Positions 13,072-27,300 are shown, counted from the stretch's first letter. The stretch: DNA of 64,000 nt from Octopus vulgaris (GCA_951406725.2 OX597816.1:126232001-126296000); one strand, 5' to 3'. The notes: generated from the sequence alone by a model not told the origin. Numbers and translations are program-made.

Positions 13072-13660
13072 TAATCATCATCATCTGTGTCATCATTTAA
13101 CAACTGTTTTCCATGCTGCCATGGGTGGATGGTTTGACTGTAAAATGGTAAGCTAGGGAGCTTCACTGGGTTCCAGTCTGATTTGGCATGGCTTCTATGG
13201 CTGGATACCCTGCCTAATGCCAACCACTCCAGGCGTGCAGTTAGTGCTTTTTACATGCCACCAGCTTGGATACCAGCTGCATAACACCGGCATTGGCCAT
13301 GATTATGATCTAATTTGACCTGACAGATCTTCTCAGGCACTGTATATCACCAAAGGTCTCAATCACTTGTCACTGCCTCCATGAGGTCCAACATTCAAAG
13401 GGTGCTTTTTATGTCACCCTGGCACAGGTGCCAGTTACATGATACTGGTATTGGCCATGACTACATTCTCACTTGGCTTGATGAGTTTTCTCAAGCATGA
13501 CATATTGCTGAAGGTCTCTGTCATTTGTCATTACCTCCATGTGTCCCAATGTTTGAAGGTCATGCTTCACCACCAGTTCATCCTATATTTTCCTGAGTCT
13601 ACCTCTTCCATGGGATGCCTCTACCATTAGAGATCTGCATTTCTTCACACAACTGTCTTA
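13072..13660 (-). mobile_element. RTE LINE 3' end (older copy of the 8218 family)
   Basis: catcatttaacaactgttttccatgctgccatggg...ggctggataccctgcctaatgccaacc; gtgcttttta-type repeats; cttcaccacc ORF end. Confidence 0.75.
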
Positions 13661-13744
13661 ATATATATATATGTGTGTGTATATATTAAAAACATACAAA
13701 TCTATATCTCTATTCTTATATACATATGCTTTTATATTTAGCCT

Positions 13745-14790
13745 CCTCACCTTGATGGGTGTGAAGGATGCCTGTGCTTGAGGTGGCTGTTCAAGGCAAG
13801 GGTAGTATAGAAGAGCAAAGGGCATTTATAGCAGGGGAGAGTTGGTAGGGGACGATGAAGTGTGAGTCACTCTGTGTATCTTCAATGTTTGTACTCTTCT
13901 TTTTGACATCTGTTATTTTTCATCAGGTCTGTTCCCTTGATGATGACATGCTGCCTCTTTGGAAAGTCCTTGGCAATTGTCTGCCAAATATTTGGATCAG
14001 TGGAGTAGTGGAGGAGAGTGGTCTTGAGTTGGTCTCAGAAAAGGAATCTGGGGGCTCCATGTGGGTCGGTGTCTGTGACGAACTCTGCAAAGAGGAAAAG
14101 ACGGGGGGTCCCAACCAGCAGAGTTAGTACTGTTCCATAGTAGCTTCAGTGCTGGATAGTCAAGCCCAGAGCATAACTTCTTCATTGGTAATGTAGTCCT
14201 TCCATTGAATCCTCATGATGATGTGAAGTTTGTGCTGTTGGAAATGTTTGATTTTCTTCTTGTTCATACAACAGCCACATCTCACAGCTGTAGAGAACTA
14301 TGGAATGGACAATGGCATGGAGTACCATGATTTCCGTTTGGATGGTGAGGTTGTGGTTCAGAAAGATTCATTTTGAGAGTATTCCGAAAGCAGTATTGGC
14401 TGCAGTGATCCTATTCTTCATGTCTTTCTGAATGGTGAAATTATTGGGGAGGTAGCTTCTGAGATATAGGAAAGCCTCTATGGTTTTGAGAACAGTACCA
14501 TTAATCTTATATCACTGGTGTCTGGGGGAGGTTGGCCAGGAGCTTCCTTTGCTAAGATCTTCATCTTCATAATGTTTGTGGCCAGACTAAATTGGGTATA
14601 CAAATTCTTGAAGAGGCTCACAGCCTCCTAAAGACTGGAAACTGAGTGCATGATGCATGGGAGTGGCATTGCTATCAGTGTAATGCAGCTCATACACCTT
14701 GGCAGGCAGTGTTGTAAACATTATGTCACTAATAAATATTTTTTAACAAGTCTACTGACTATTTGCAGCACCAGCACCTGTTCTGGCACT
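13745..14790 (-). mobile_element. RTE-BovB-like LINE RT/C-terminal remnant
   Basis: Minus translation KINGTVLKTIEAFLYLRSYL, RITAANTAFG, VLYSCEMW, FQQHKLHIIMRIQWKDYITNEEV, PHGAPRFLF*DQLK. Confidence 0.85.
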
Positions 14791-15479
14791 GTGATTCTAT
14801 ACAAAGTTGGTGGAGTTACATTACTGCTATCTCTAGTGTCTGGGTCTAAAGGAAAAATTAATCGTTATATAAAATATTTTCTAAGTAAATTTTTAACATA
14901 ATGCTCATTCGAACTCATTTAACATTTTTGTATTTGTTTGTCTTGTGATGTCCCTTTCTATGTACGATCAGTTTGATCATAATAATGATTTTACCTCTAG
15001 TGTCTGGGTGTCCATCGTTGAGAAGGCCTTTGTGGTCTCAGTACTAGCAGTGGTGGAGATTTATTTCCTTGCTAGTGATATAAACAAGAGTTTGTTTTCC
15101 ACTAAATATCAATATAAGAGTTGCATTTTAGTTTTCATACAAATATTTATAAAATCTTATCACTATTGTTATTCAATACAATTTTAGAATTAGCTATACA
15201 ATAGTCACTTGCAATTTCAGCATCCTAACTTATGATTTAGTAAAATCCAGAAATATCAAGTAACAGAACATTTTATTTAATTAAATATCAAAAAGTGAAA
15301 TTATGCAAAGATATTCAAAAGCTTTTGACTTCTGTTAATATTTTACAGTTAATATTCTTTTACATTGATATTTCCCCCTAAGATATAGATTAACAGCATT
15401 TTTCATGTTTCTTGTTAGTAATGTATTTTAGTCCCTCAAAATAAAACAAAATTGTTTCTTTTGATCTAATCAATTACTG

Positions 15480-15760
15480 TCTTAATCTGAACAATAAAGA
15501 AAGGAAACAGACAAAGCAAAATGCAGTGTTGCATGTCTTTTGTAAACAATACTTCACAGAAAGTTATTCATTTTTATTTCATAGGATAATTAAATAAAAA
15601 GTGAGAGGAAGATGGAAAAAATAACATTAATGTATTCAGCTAAACAATTAAAAAAATATTACAAAATGATTCATTGGTTGTTGATGAAACAAGCAACAGC
15701 AATTTATCAAAAGAAAAGCATTTAAATTATTTGTGGCAGTAATTCATCTTAAAGTATGTA
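15480..15760 (+). mobile_element. Possible hAT-type transposase remnant
   Basis: KQTKQNAVLHV and SLVVDETSNSNLSKEKHL resemble the hAT RTK and SLxxDESTD motifs; very degraded. Confidence 0.3.
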
Positions 15761-18700
15761 GCATAAAAAAAAAAATCTTTTGTGGTAGTTCTTTCTTGGT
15801 AGTGAAAATATGGTCAATAAAACAGTAATCTGGATGTTTGAAAAGAAGGAGAAAAAAATCTTTACAAATGAAATTGATATTGTTTTGGATATGTTCTCAA
15901 GATATGTAGTTTTAATGACTGAATGTAAATTATAAATAGTTAAACATATTTCTCTGAAAAACCCTTCATCTTGATTTTCCCCAGCAATATTTCTTACCAG
16001 TTGAGCTCTTTACATAATTGAATATCTATTAATATAGCTGACTGATTTTGCTAACAATGAAACAAAGTTATATTTGTATTTTTTTAAATGTATCATTAAA
16101 AATATTTGTGATGTTTCAATCTAAGTCTTGGATAATAAATATTAGAATTCACTAAGAAAGTTCTATAATTTATTATTGTAAATCATTATTTTTCTCTTTT
16201 ATTTCATTGGTTATTTTCTTAATAGTGACTATTTTTTAAAATATATATTGAGAGATTTAATATGGAAACATAATGGTAGGCAGAGATACCAACTTAGCAC
16301 ATGTAAAAGACTTCAGCAATAAAAATAAAATCAGTAGTTACTTTACTATTTTTATAATTTGAGAAACTAGGAGCAAAATTAGTTAAAATTTTTGGGTGTC
16401 TCTTAGTTGAAAATAATCGATTTAAATAAGCATATTATGTTTTTGGGAAAAACCAAATGCATATCTTGTGACCAAATTTTTCAACACTAAAAAATACTCT
16501 CTATTGTTACATGTTGTCCATTATTAGTGACCACCATATACAGATTTCAACCTACCAAATAATGGTAGAAAGACAAAATGCACTTAGCAGAACAGGAGGA
16601 AACATATGGGATGGAGAGTCAGTGAAGAGATCACAGGATGTGTGATGAAAGATTTCCAGACAAATGACATTAAAATAAGAATTATAATAAAGCTGAAGTG
16701 AACAACCAGTATATAGTATTTGTGGTTATTTGGCAAAAAATACAAAAATGACCAACCTCAAATATAACTATAAATAATCGTAGTTTTCTTTTTATGTTGG
16801 TTCCATGCAGTTAAGGTTCCTTTCCCCTTTGCCCTAAGTAGATGAAAGATTTTACCAAGTGGCTAAGAAATAGAAGTGGCAGAATACACTTCTTAAGATT
16901 AGTATCATTCCCCATTAATCATTGTTGACTGAAGGGACTGATTATTAATGAATCTGTTAAAGAATTGATTATAAATGGATTTGTTAGAGAGTTAATCAAA
17001 AGGCAGATCACTATGAGTAAAACTTTTAAATTAAGTATTTAAACATTGTTATTGTTAGAGAATGTAGTTGTAAGGTATGTATTTTTTCACATTTATTTTA
17101 TAAGAATCTTGCTTCAATAAAACAACATATTTTAAAAATCTTAATGACTATAAATTTGCAATACCAAGTTAAAATTTGAAATTACTACTATGGATTGGAT
17201 AGTATCATCACTACTACAGTTTATGGCTCATTGTATTTTTTCCTACTCTCTGATAATATATCTTCCACAATATTTTGTCTATGAAATTTAGTGAGATAGG
17301 GTATCTTCTTATGCAGCCTTTTCTAAGTTCAGGCTTTTCCAGAGATAAATAGATATAGAATTATATAAACTCTATAGGGTTGTAGACAACACTATAATCC
17401 AATAATCTAGAATGGAAAATTTGTAACAAGAAAAATACATGCATATATGCACAATCTATAATATACTTTTATTTAACATGCTGTTTTCATTTATTGTCTC
17501 TATTGATTTTCTTTCACAATCATATCTTTCCTAGCAACTCTCTTCTGGATGAAAATAGTTTGTTCTCTTTTATTGCTTTCTAATTATTTTCAGTTCTTCA
17601 ATTTTTCAATAATTTATTCTGATCTGAAACATATGGTAACTCTACCTGCACCATATCAATAATGAGCAGTATACATTGTATGATGAAAACCTTAATTTCT
17701 ATTATATAAAACAGTTAAAAGAGCATACAGAAAATACATTTATACATTCAATTCTATCTGTAGAAAATTTTTTCATACTACAACAGTTAGTTTTCATTTC
17801 CAGCACAAAGATCAAATTAAAGAAAATTAGAAAGTAGGTAGATTTTGAGTTTGACAAATACACTGTAAAAACACATGTTTACTATTTCAATTGATATATA
17901 TGATATTCTGAAGATTTTGCATGTGACTTATTAAATTATTTCCTCTAAACAGGAATGATCCATTCACATCAGCCTCAAAATTATCAACAATAGTTTCATC
18001 ATTATACGTGTTCTTATGTTATACTGTTATGATTTAAACAGGCTTCTTCAGTAAACACTCTTCACATTCCTTGATCTTCTGTAATTTCCATTTTTAGATA
18101 TAACTATAGCAAAATGAATTCTAATGATTTCATTTCAAATATTTTTAAAATATCTACCTTTAATCACAAATTTGAATATACTTTACTATTCTTCTTTTAT
18201 TCTTTCCACATGCCTATAAAATTTCTATCTTCTCAATATATTTATTGTTATGTATTCAACTCTAAAGATTATAATGAGAACATTCTTATTCATGTAAGCA
18301 TGTATTCAGATTATCTTGTTCTAATGATACCCTGTAGGGAGCAGAGAGAATTTAAACAGTATAATTACAATAAATATTTTGGTGTGTGAATAATAATGGG
18401 AACAAACGAAACAAATATATTTTACACCTTTATTAATAACTTAATAGCAAGATAATTTATTTGTTGTGATTCTGAATTTTTTATATTCTATTGGTGAATA
18501 AAATTTAGAAGAGAAAATAAGAATTGTCAACCACACCATTATGACTAAAATATCTGAAAGACTTATTTAGTCTTTCAGTAACCTCATTTCATTTTCAAGT
18601 TAAATTACTACTGAAGTGACTAATACTTTATTATTGATTAATACTTTATTATTGTTGTGACAATTTTGCAATATTTCAACTAGCTTCAAAACAAGCATAT

Positions 18701-19839
18701 TCTGTGTTTAAATTCATCTTAATAGCTTTCATAAACTTACCAGGGAAACCTTTAATACTTACATTTGCACTTATAATTATCATCATATCATTACCAGCTG
18801 CTGCTGTAGCAGTATTTCCATCACTATCACTATCACTTATATCATCATTAAAGTGATCTCACCCGATTTGATCTACATGCATATTAATATTTCATCTGTA
18901 TCTAGTCCTTTAAAACTTCTAATGAGCTGATAACATTTAAATTTCAGTCCTTCCAATTTGATGACAATAATGACTGGCATGCTATAACACATTTCTGTTA
19001 AGCCTATCATCAATTTTAATTGCATGTCCAAATCATCATGGTATTTCTTTCATAGCAGCTACAACAACAAATAGCTCTTATATCATACTGACAACCAAAT
19101 TATACTCACAGAATATAGGTAAATTTCTGTTCCAAAGTACTTATAGAAATACCTTCCAATGATATAGCAATCCATTTTGAAATGCAATGCATTTCAAGAT
19201 GACTGACAAGAAACCATTTGCTCCAAATGTATAAATAGGGATAACAGGATAAACTATTATGCTAGCTTCCTTAATACTACTGCTAGTTTCTATTAACCAA
19301 GCTAACAAATTAGTTATGGAACTGTTTATAGCAGAAGAATAGTAGCTAGAATAATAAGGAAATGAAAGGTCAAGGTATTATTACTTAGGTTGGTTACTAA
19401 GGATTTCTTTTTACAAAAGGAGGACTGTATGAAATATGTGTCAAGTGCTGCTTATTAGTAACATACTGATTTAAAATATATAAGATCTGTAAGCACTGGA
19501 TTTAACTTTAGTATGCTCTTCTGGATGTGAAATATTAATTTGCTGGATAAGTGACTTCACAGGTATGGAGGTGAATGAACTGAGTGAAAAGGTGCAGAGT
19601 GATGACATTTGAGGGTAACCATGACACAAATGGCCAAAGGAGATATAGGAATAAATGATGAGCTTAGATCAACAGCATTGTGGAGATGGGCCACACAGGC
19701 AAGATAATATTGGATTAATTTAAATGGATATATTTTAAAGACATGTCCAACATATTCTAGCAAGGGAAAGTTGGCTTCAAACTGGCACCCCATGTGTTAC
19801 AATGATTAAGGTTCCAATTTGATCTGATCACTGGAACAT

Positions 19840-20060
19840 GCAATTAACATGCAAGTGGCTGAGTACTCCACCAACATGTGTACCCAGATTCTTATTCAGG
19901 CTGTTGCTGATCATTTCAGCAAAATGAAATTTTACATTGGTGTGTGCAGTACCCAGATTCTTACTCAGTGAGAGTCAGCATGAAACAGAATGTGACAAGG
20001 CTGGCCCTTTGAAATACAAATACTACTCATTTTCTCCAGCTGAGTGGCTTCAAGCAATGA
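19840..20060 (-). mobile_element. SINE body fragment
   Basis: aagtggctgagtactccac...gtgacaaggctggccctttgaa...ctcattttctccagctgagtgg resembles a mollusc-type SINE body in reverse. Confidence 0.45.
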
Positions 20061-23000
20061 TGAGGATAATACTATGCTTTATTTGCTTCATGGTCTCACC
20101 ATAAGTGACTAATTTTGCAATGTGAACAACAAATGATAGAAACAGTAGACCATTAACTTATACTTTGTGTTCTCATTATGGCTTTCATGTTCTGAGTTCA
20201 AAATGAGACCCAAGATGGTTTTGCCTTTCATAAAATAAGTACCAGTGAAATATTAGTCTGATATAATCAAATATACTATTTTATATATAGATAATTATAT
20301 TGCTGACAGAAACCGATAGAAGTGCCAAAGACCAATGTGTTTTTCATATAAGGTTGAAGTAAAATACTGAGTGCTAATGTTGTTTATATCTCATTGTGAA
20401 GTAGGTAATTTTCTGGAAAATCTTTCTTGTGAATACAATATAAAAGAAGGATATAAACAGATGGGAAATGTTTCTTGAGATGATGTATTTTTGTGAGTAA
20501 AATGAATTTAACACTTTTTACATTCCTGTTTTACATTCATTTAAAGTAAAACCTGTTTCTGTCATTCAGGATTCTGGAACAAAGCAACACTTGTGATAAC
20601 AAATTTTACATAGGTTTTAGGAACAGATATAAAAACAGATACAAAAACAGTAGTGCAAAGTAATCCATTTTAAACATTATAAGGAAGAAACAGAACACAG
20701 GTCAATATTTTGGATGATGGTTCTTTGTGGAAGGAAAAGAAAAAAGGTGAGAAAAAAAATGGTAGAAGTGCTGTTGAAGCAATATTTTGCAGTGAAAAGC
20801 CATATGGCAAATTAATAAAATAAAAAACAGAAGCAGTTTGTATGGAACCTCTTATTCAACAGGAAGAGTGTTTCTTTTAATCAAGAGAGATAATGTGGAA
20901 GACTATTGATGCGTGTGTGTGTATTGAGTCAATGGAAATAAGAAGTGAGAATATATTTTGTATGCATCTATGTTCGTGTAGATAAGCGAATGTGCTTGTG
21001 TAGAACTGTGTGTATGTGTGTGTGTGGACATATGAACATGCTTGTATGGGCATGCTGTATATAGGTGTACTTATATTGCTATGTTACATTATTGGTATGA
21101 ATGAGGCATAACAATATATGTACATGTCATATACAGATAGTGTATACATATGCTTGTATGTAGAGACAGCAGGAATAGGTTTTGAAGTTCATAGGAAAGT
21201 ACTTACCAGAATGTTAGGGAAAGGCAGTAATACTAAAGCAAATCAAAATGATTATACATTCTAGCTGAGCGAACTGTGTATGTGTGGACAGAAGATTAAC
21301 TGTTGCTCATAGTGCAAATGGGAAATAATTAATCCATTGATCCGTAGTGTGAGATGATATTGCAGAGAAAGAGAGAGAGAGATACGGGTGGATATGGTCA
21401 GCAGAACTGCAATGCCAAGTCTCAATACAGATAAAACAATAGCCTCTGTAGCCATGACTTAAACATTGATACCCATTCACTCTTAAAGTCTATCACTTTG
21501 CATACACTGGTTACCCATAAGTAATTTGTTCATTACAGAATAAAATTAATAACCTTGTGCTCCTTCTTTATTTATTAAAAAAAATTGTCTATGAAACACT
21601 GGATATAATTAAAACATGCTGATGCAACCAGCTTTTGGATTACTAGTGGCTTGAATTTATATTATGTATGTATGTGCATGTGTGTTTGTGTGAGTGCAAG
21701 AGAAAATAAACTGCAGAAAGAAGTTTGATGTCAGGTTTACTTAGCTGGAGGAAAGAAAAAAAGAGAAGGAAGTTTGCACACATTCTGCGACTTGACAATT
21801 AAAGGTGTTAGGTGACATGAGAATCACAGATGCTTGATAATGTACTGAAGAGAAGCAAGATGTCATAGAGGAGAATTGTATATGGAATGATAATGAAGCA
21901 CTTCCCTGACGCTAAAAAAAAATGAGGCATAAAATTGCTATTGTGAGAGACTGTTAATCACACTGCAAGTGTAATTAACCATTCACCTTGGTAGTAACAT
22001 GGTAAATAAAGCAGTTAATGATATAGAAGCAGGGAAACAGCTGGCCCCTTAGAGTTAATCCCAGAAAAGCTGAAAAATTTGACAAAGTAGAGTACAATTT
22101 AGTCACTTAAGTAGTCAATTCTGTAATACAGAGAGACATCATACCCACTGTTTTTTGTAGTAGTATCATTATGAGCTATAAGAAAAACTAGAGAGTAGAA
22201 ACTACAGTTGTATCATATTGTTGCAGTTGGTTATGGAGGTTACTGAAAAAGTTATTGCAAAATTAGGAATAGGATTAGCCTGAATGAGATTGCAGTTGAG
22301 CTTTTAACCAGAAAGAGGTACCACCACCTCATCTTCCTTGTGAGACAACAGCTATGTGTAAGCTTAAATGTTTAGCATTCACTGATCTGTTATTTGATAG
22401 GTAGAGACAGATGTATAGCTTGTGAGGTCCATACAAGTCATATATAATGGTGCATTCAGTAAGGTGAGAATTCACAATGAGTTTAGTGATGAATTAACAT
22501 GCAGGTAGAGATCCATCAGGCCTCAGACATCAACCCGCTTCTATGCCATAACAGAGAAGTTTAAGTCAAGTTGCCTGTGAGAACTTCCTTATGCTGATGC
22601 CTTTGTTATTATAGCAGAATCTCTGAAAGATATGAGGTAGAAATTCCAGACAAAAACAAAATCTGGTATTTAAGGGTCCTAAAGTAAACTTCACCAAAAT
22701 TAAAGTTATGTTAAGTATAAAGGAGACAGGACTCTGCTGCCATCAGAGAAATGGCCATGTTTAATATTCAGGAAAGGAGTAAGTAGAAACTCCATACATT
22801 GTACTCAGTGTAAACAAAGTCAATTGACAAAATCATTAGAGCATCAGATAGTATAGGTTGCCGTATTTGTTCTGGCTCTCTTAGTTTGGATACCACTCAG
22901 ATCAAATTGACCTTTCACATTTACAGAGTTGATAAAAACTTTCGAATCCAGGACAATCTCTTGCTCAGCTTAAAACCACTGCCTGACACCTTCAGTGCCT

Positions 23001-23599
23001 TTAGCAGAGTCCACACCACTGTCAGCATTCAAGCCAAGTCTCTGGGTTGAATGCTGACAGGATTTTTTTCCTACCCTCTCACTAGTCTCAGAGGCTCTGC
23101 AGAGGGTCATGGATACTGCCTTTATTCATGACAAAGAAAAATGAAGAGAAAACCAAAATAATGATAATGATGGCTTTACAATAGGTGTATTGGGTTCATA
23201 AACAGGCTGGCAGCAAAGGTAGCCTTCATATGTGGAAGATGCACAGGAGCATTAAGTATGACAGTCACACAGAAAATAGTTTTTTTCAACCTATCGTGAT
23301 GCACCCCCCCCTCCTTGGTGTTGTCAAAAGTTTTGGTCACCTAGGTAATTTAATAATCATTGAATGAATATCTTGATTATCAGCAGTATGCTAGAACAAG
23401 CTAGAAAAGATCAGGTCACTACATTCTCTACTGGCAGCAAAAAAGCTTCTCCGCTTGAGTGAAGAAGAAGATTATATGTTGCTTGTGTGTTCAGTGCTAT
23501 GATACACTGGTAATGCAACATGAACCTTAAATGCAGAAGATTTTCAGAGAATTGAAAGAAATGTGCTGGTTGTGTAATATTAGTGTGTACAAATAAACT

Positions 23600-24116
23600 G
23601 AGTGGCTGTGTTGTAAGTAGCTTGCTTACCAGCTGCATGGTTCCGGGTTCAGTCTCACTGCATGGCACCTTGGGCAAGTGTCTTCTACTATAGCCTCTGG
23701 TTGACCAAAACTTTGTGAGTGGATTTGGTAGACAGAAACTGAAAGAAGCCCGTCGTGTATATATATATATATATATATATAAGAATTTTTTGCGTAATGA
23801 GATAAAAAACCAAGGCTGTGTAGATATTAGAACATTTATAGATAGAAGGTCTTAGACAGATGTGTAGTGGTAGAGTCTAAGACCTTCTATCTATAAATGT
23901 TCTAATATCTATAAATGTTCTAATATCTACACATGTTCTAATATCTACACTGCCTTGGTTTTTTATCTCATAATGCAAAAAATTCTTATATACATACACA
24001 GACATATGACCCGAACCTGGAACTTGACTATGGTCTATCTATAGCATTTATTCAGCATTACCTGACATCTTTGGGTTTCAATGACACCATTACCTCTTAT
24101 AACCTCAATTTCTCGC

Positions 24117-24152
<36 letters not shown>

Positions 24153-24357
24153 CCTGTCTGTTTGTCTCACCACCATCACTTGACAACTGATGCTGGTGTG
24201 TTTACGTCCCTATTACTTAGTGGTTCAGGAAAAGAAATCGATAGAATAAGTACTAGGCTTACAAAGAATAAGTCCTGGGGTTGATTTGTTCAACTAAAGA
24301 TAGTGCTCCAGCACGGCTGCTGTCAACTGACTGAAACAAATAAAATAATAAAAGAAT
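23600..24357 (+). mobile_element. tRNA-derived SINE with internal microsatellite (Octopus-type), carrying a nested fold-back insertion
   Basis: A box ggctgtgttgtaag, B box gggttcagtctc, CORE-like ccttgggcaagtg; 3' half cttgacaactgatgctggtgtgtttacgtccc...gactgaaacaaataaaa. Confidence 0.85.
23777..23992. repeat. Fold-back inverted repeat (~80-bp arms, 17-nt spacer)
   Basis: aagaattttttgcgtaatgag...ggtcttagac pairs with gtctaagacc...gcaaaaaattctt; the right arm has atgttctaatatcta triplicated. Confidence 0.92.
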
Positions 24358-27300
24358 ATGAGGAATCACATGTAATATGCAAAAGAAAAAAGTCAGATAT
24401 AGTATAAAAATGTGATGAATATGAATAATAACTGCTGCATAAAAAGTGCCAGACACTCAAAAGTGGACAAAGCCCTTCAATGAGGTCCACCTAAAAAGAT
24501 GTGGGATGAAGTGGTGAAAACCTACTTCAACATGCTAAACCTCATAAAAGCGATGACAAATGGCTCCAAAGATTGACTGCAAGTGGTGCTGGAGAAATCC
24601 TGCACTTTAGTGCAAACATGGCAGAATGAGCATTATAATGGGTGGTAATGACCACTGGAATACTCTCACTGCATTCATTAACACTATCCTCACTGTCACT
24701 GTGATATTCTACTGTCTCTGTTTTTCTTATTGTTCTCATTACATACACACACTTCCCACCACATCCTATCTCCCTTTCCTTGTTGACTACCATGTTATCT
24801 TCCTTATTTCAACACTCATCTTCTGCTCTATTACCCCTCCACCTCAGTGAAACCCCAATTCCCTTTCTTTCTTTTGCTCTTTCTCTACAGCTTCTCTGGC
24901 TCTTTGCCACTCACATCTCTGTTCTCTTTCATGCTCCTTTAACCCAGCTGCTCATATTCTCCCGTATAATGTAGATAGTACTGTATCTTCCTCTATTCAA
25001 TCTGTCCCACATTCCTCTTTCTCAGTAACCATGGATGCTACTTTTCCCTTTTTGTTCCATTCTTCCCTCCAACACTGGCTTCTCCATTGCCATCTCTCTC
25101 TCTCTCCATAGCCACTTTCTCACAAGAACAAACCTGATCCTCCCATCACACTTTAATTTCTCTCGACAGCTTTCCAGTTGAGTTGAGGCAATGCCAGACT
25201 GAAAAGACTCTTTAATCTTTCCAAGGGTATTATTCTCTCCACTATTTTTCCTCTTTGTTTAATCTTGTAAAGTTACAAAGTAACCTCATTAGTGTTGGTG
25301 CCATAAAAAAAGTACCAAGTATACTCAGTAAAGTTATGGTCAAGCTGAAGAGAGACATTGCAGTGTTGAGAAGACAATTTAATCTTGCTAGGGGCAGGAT
25401 TACCTGTCTAGCTCTGATGCTAAAAAACCAGTACACCCAGTTTATTTTGTAAAGTGGTTGATACAAGAAAGAGTATCCAACCATAAAAACTACGCCAGAA
25501 TTAAGATGTTAGAGTTAGATGGATTTCTCTGGCTTGCCAAATCTTGTTCAACTCTTCAGTTCTTGCCAGCATGAAAAAACAACATAAAGTGAGGATAAGG
25601 ATATGTGAGAGAGAGAGAGTATAAGAACCTGCTGAATTTCTTAGACTATAAGTGCTAAAAATATTGGAAAGAACTTAGATGAAAAGAATTCATTAATTGT
25701 CTGAACACAAAATTTGAAGTAATTTGAAATCTGAAGTAGCTATTCATATTTCCAGCAGGGTATGACTTGCCATTTCAGAACTACATCAAGAAAACTTACA
25801 AAAGCAACATAACAAGGATATGTGACTAAAAAACTCGATTTATAATTGATAAAATGAGAAGGCTTTTCAGGATATCTGTTATATCAGATAGGAAATTTAT
25901 AGTAATTTGAGCAATCTTTTAAATGACTTGGAGAAAACGTATTCCTGTTTTTCTATTTCACTTAAGCAGGATAAGCAATTGACATTCAATGAGAATGAAA
26001 TTAATTGTTTTAATTAAAGGATATTAGGATTTGAAGTGTTATGCTGGAGTTGTGCATCTTTTCTAAGCAATAGTAGCAACATATTCTGCTTTAGAAAAAG
26101 CAAGTGTTTGTTTATCAATAGTTGCAATGACTAAATTTAGAAATTTGGTATTGTGTTTACTTTAGGATTTAAATTTAAATATTGGTATATGTAATATTTA
26201 TTGTGGAAGAAAAGCATTTTTGCCTCCTGTGGAAATTACATACAATAAAATGGTAGGTGTGATAATCTGGAAATTTACAGAGAAATATATTGCAGTACTT
26301 TTAATGGTAGGTATTGTGAAACTTTGAATGTAGTTCTTAGTGATGAAGTAATAAAAATGTGCTTTATCAAATTTTTCATATTGAAGAGGTTTTATCATTG
26401 GTTATATTTTACTGATACACCTTTTGCTTTGAGGATTAAGTCTACTATTTCAAGTTTTTATTGGTGAAATAAATGGATAGAAATACCTTATTATATTAAA
26501 ACATTTTTCAGACATCTTAAATGCAAGGCATAAATATTACTTTTTTAAAATTTGGATAGTTTGTATGATAAAAAGTTTCACCAATAAAATATACAAAATT
26601 CAAAAATAACTTTAAATTCTTTAGGTATTGGTTAGTAAATGTTTCAGCATTTATGTAAGAACTTTAAATAGTTTTTACTGCAACAGTGTTGTATGTAAAG
26701 ATTATACAATATTGAAGAAAAATGTCATAAACAGGTTTGAAGTGAATGAAAACAAGAGAGAGATAAAAAAAAATTAATGGAAATTATTTACACTTCTATT
26801 ATGTCAAAATGAGATAATATACAGTCTCTGTAAGCAGTGTGACATAGTTGGGACATATGCTAGCTTGTTGATCAAGTGGATTATTATAGTTTTTATGTTT
26901 AGTCTACTTAACTGACAAGATTCACTATAATTTCTCTGTTGATTGGTTGGTATTAGGAAAGGCATCTAACAGTGAAAACAATTACTCCAAACATAATCAT
27001 ATATTCAAACCAGTAATTATAAAAAGAAAAAAGTAAAACACATTTTTAAAAAATTAGTTTAAAAATCAAACTCTAAAACTATTGATGAAAAATATCAGAT
27101 TGCATGTATAAGGCCTGCATATATAAAAAATATTTTTTAACTGGTAATGTGATTGAAAAAAAACTTATATTTGTTTCAGGTCAAAACTGAATCTTAATAC
27201 AATGTTTGTTATTGATGTTGAAAAGAATGAATGGTTTTTTATTTGTATGTTTGAATTTAGTCAATAGTAATCAGATGTTTATTTATGTACAGATTGCTTA

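Larger units (their letters stand above)
21900..25600 (+). mobile_element. Long decayed RTE LINE (RT, Cys-rich insert, C-terminus, pyrimidine-rich 3'UTR, tail) interrupted by SINEs
   Basis: ELPYADAFV (YADD equivalent) at ~22580; KWPCLIFRKGVSRNSIHCTQC at ~22750; PKKMWDEVVK at ~24490; CT-rich UTR 24620-25250; family tail 25300-25600. Confidence 0.75.
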
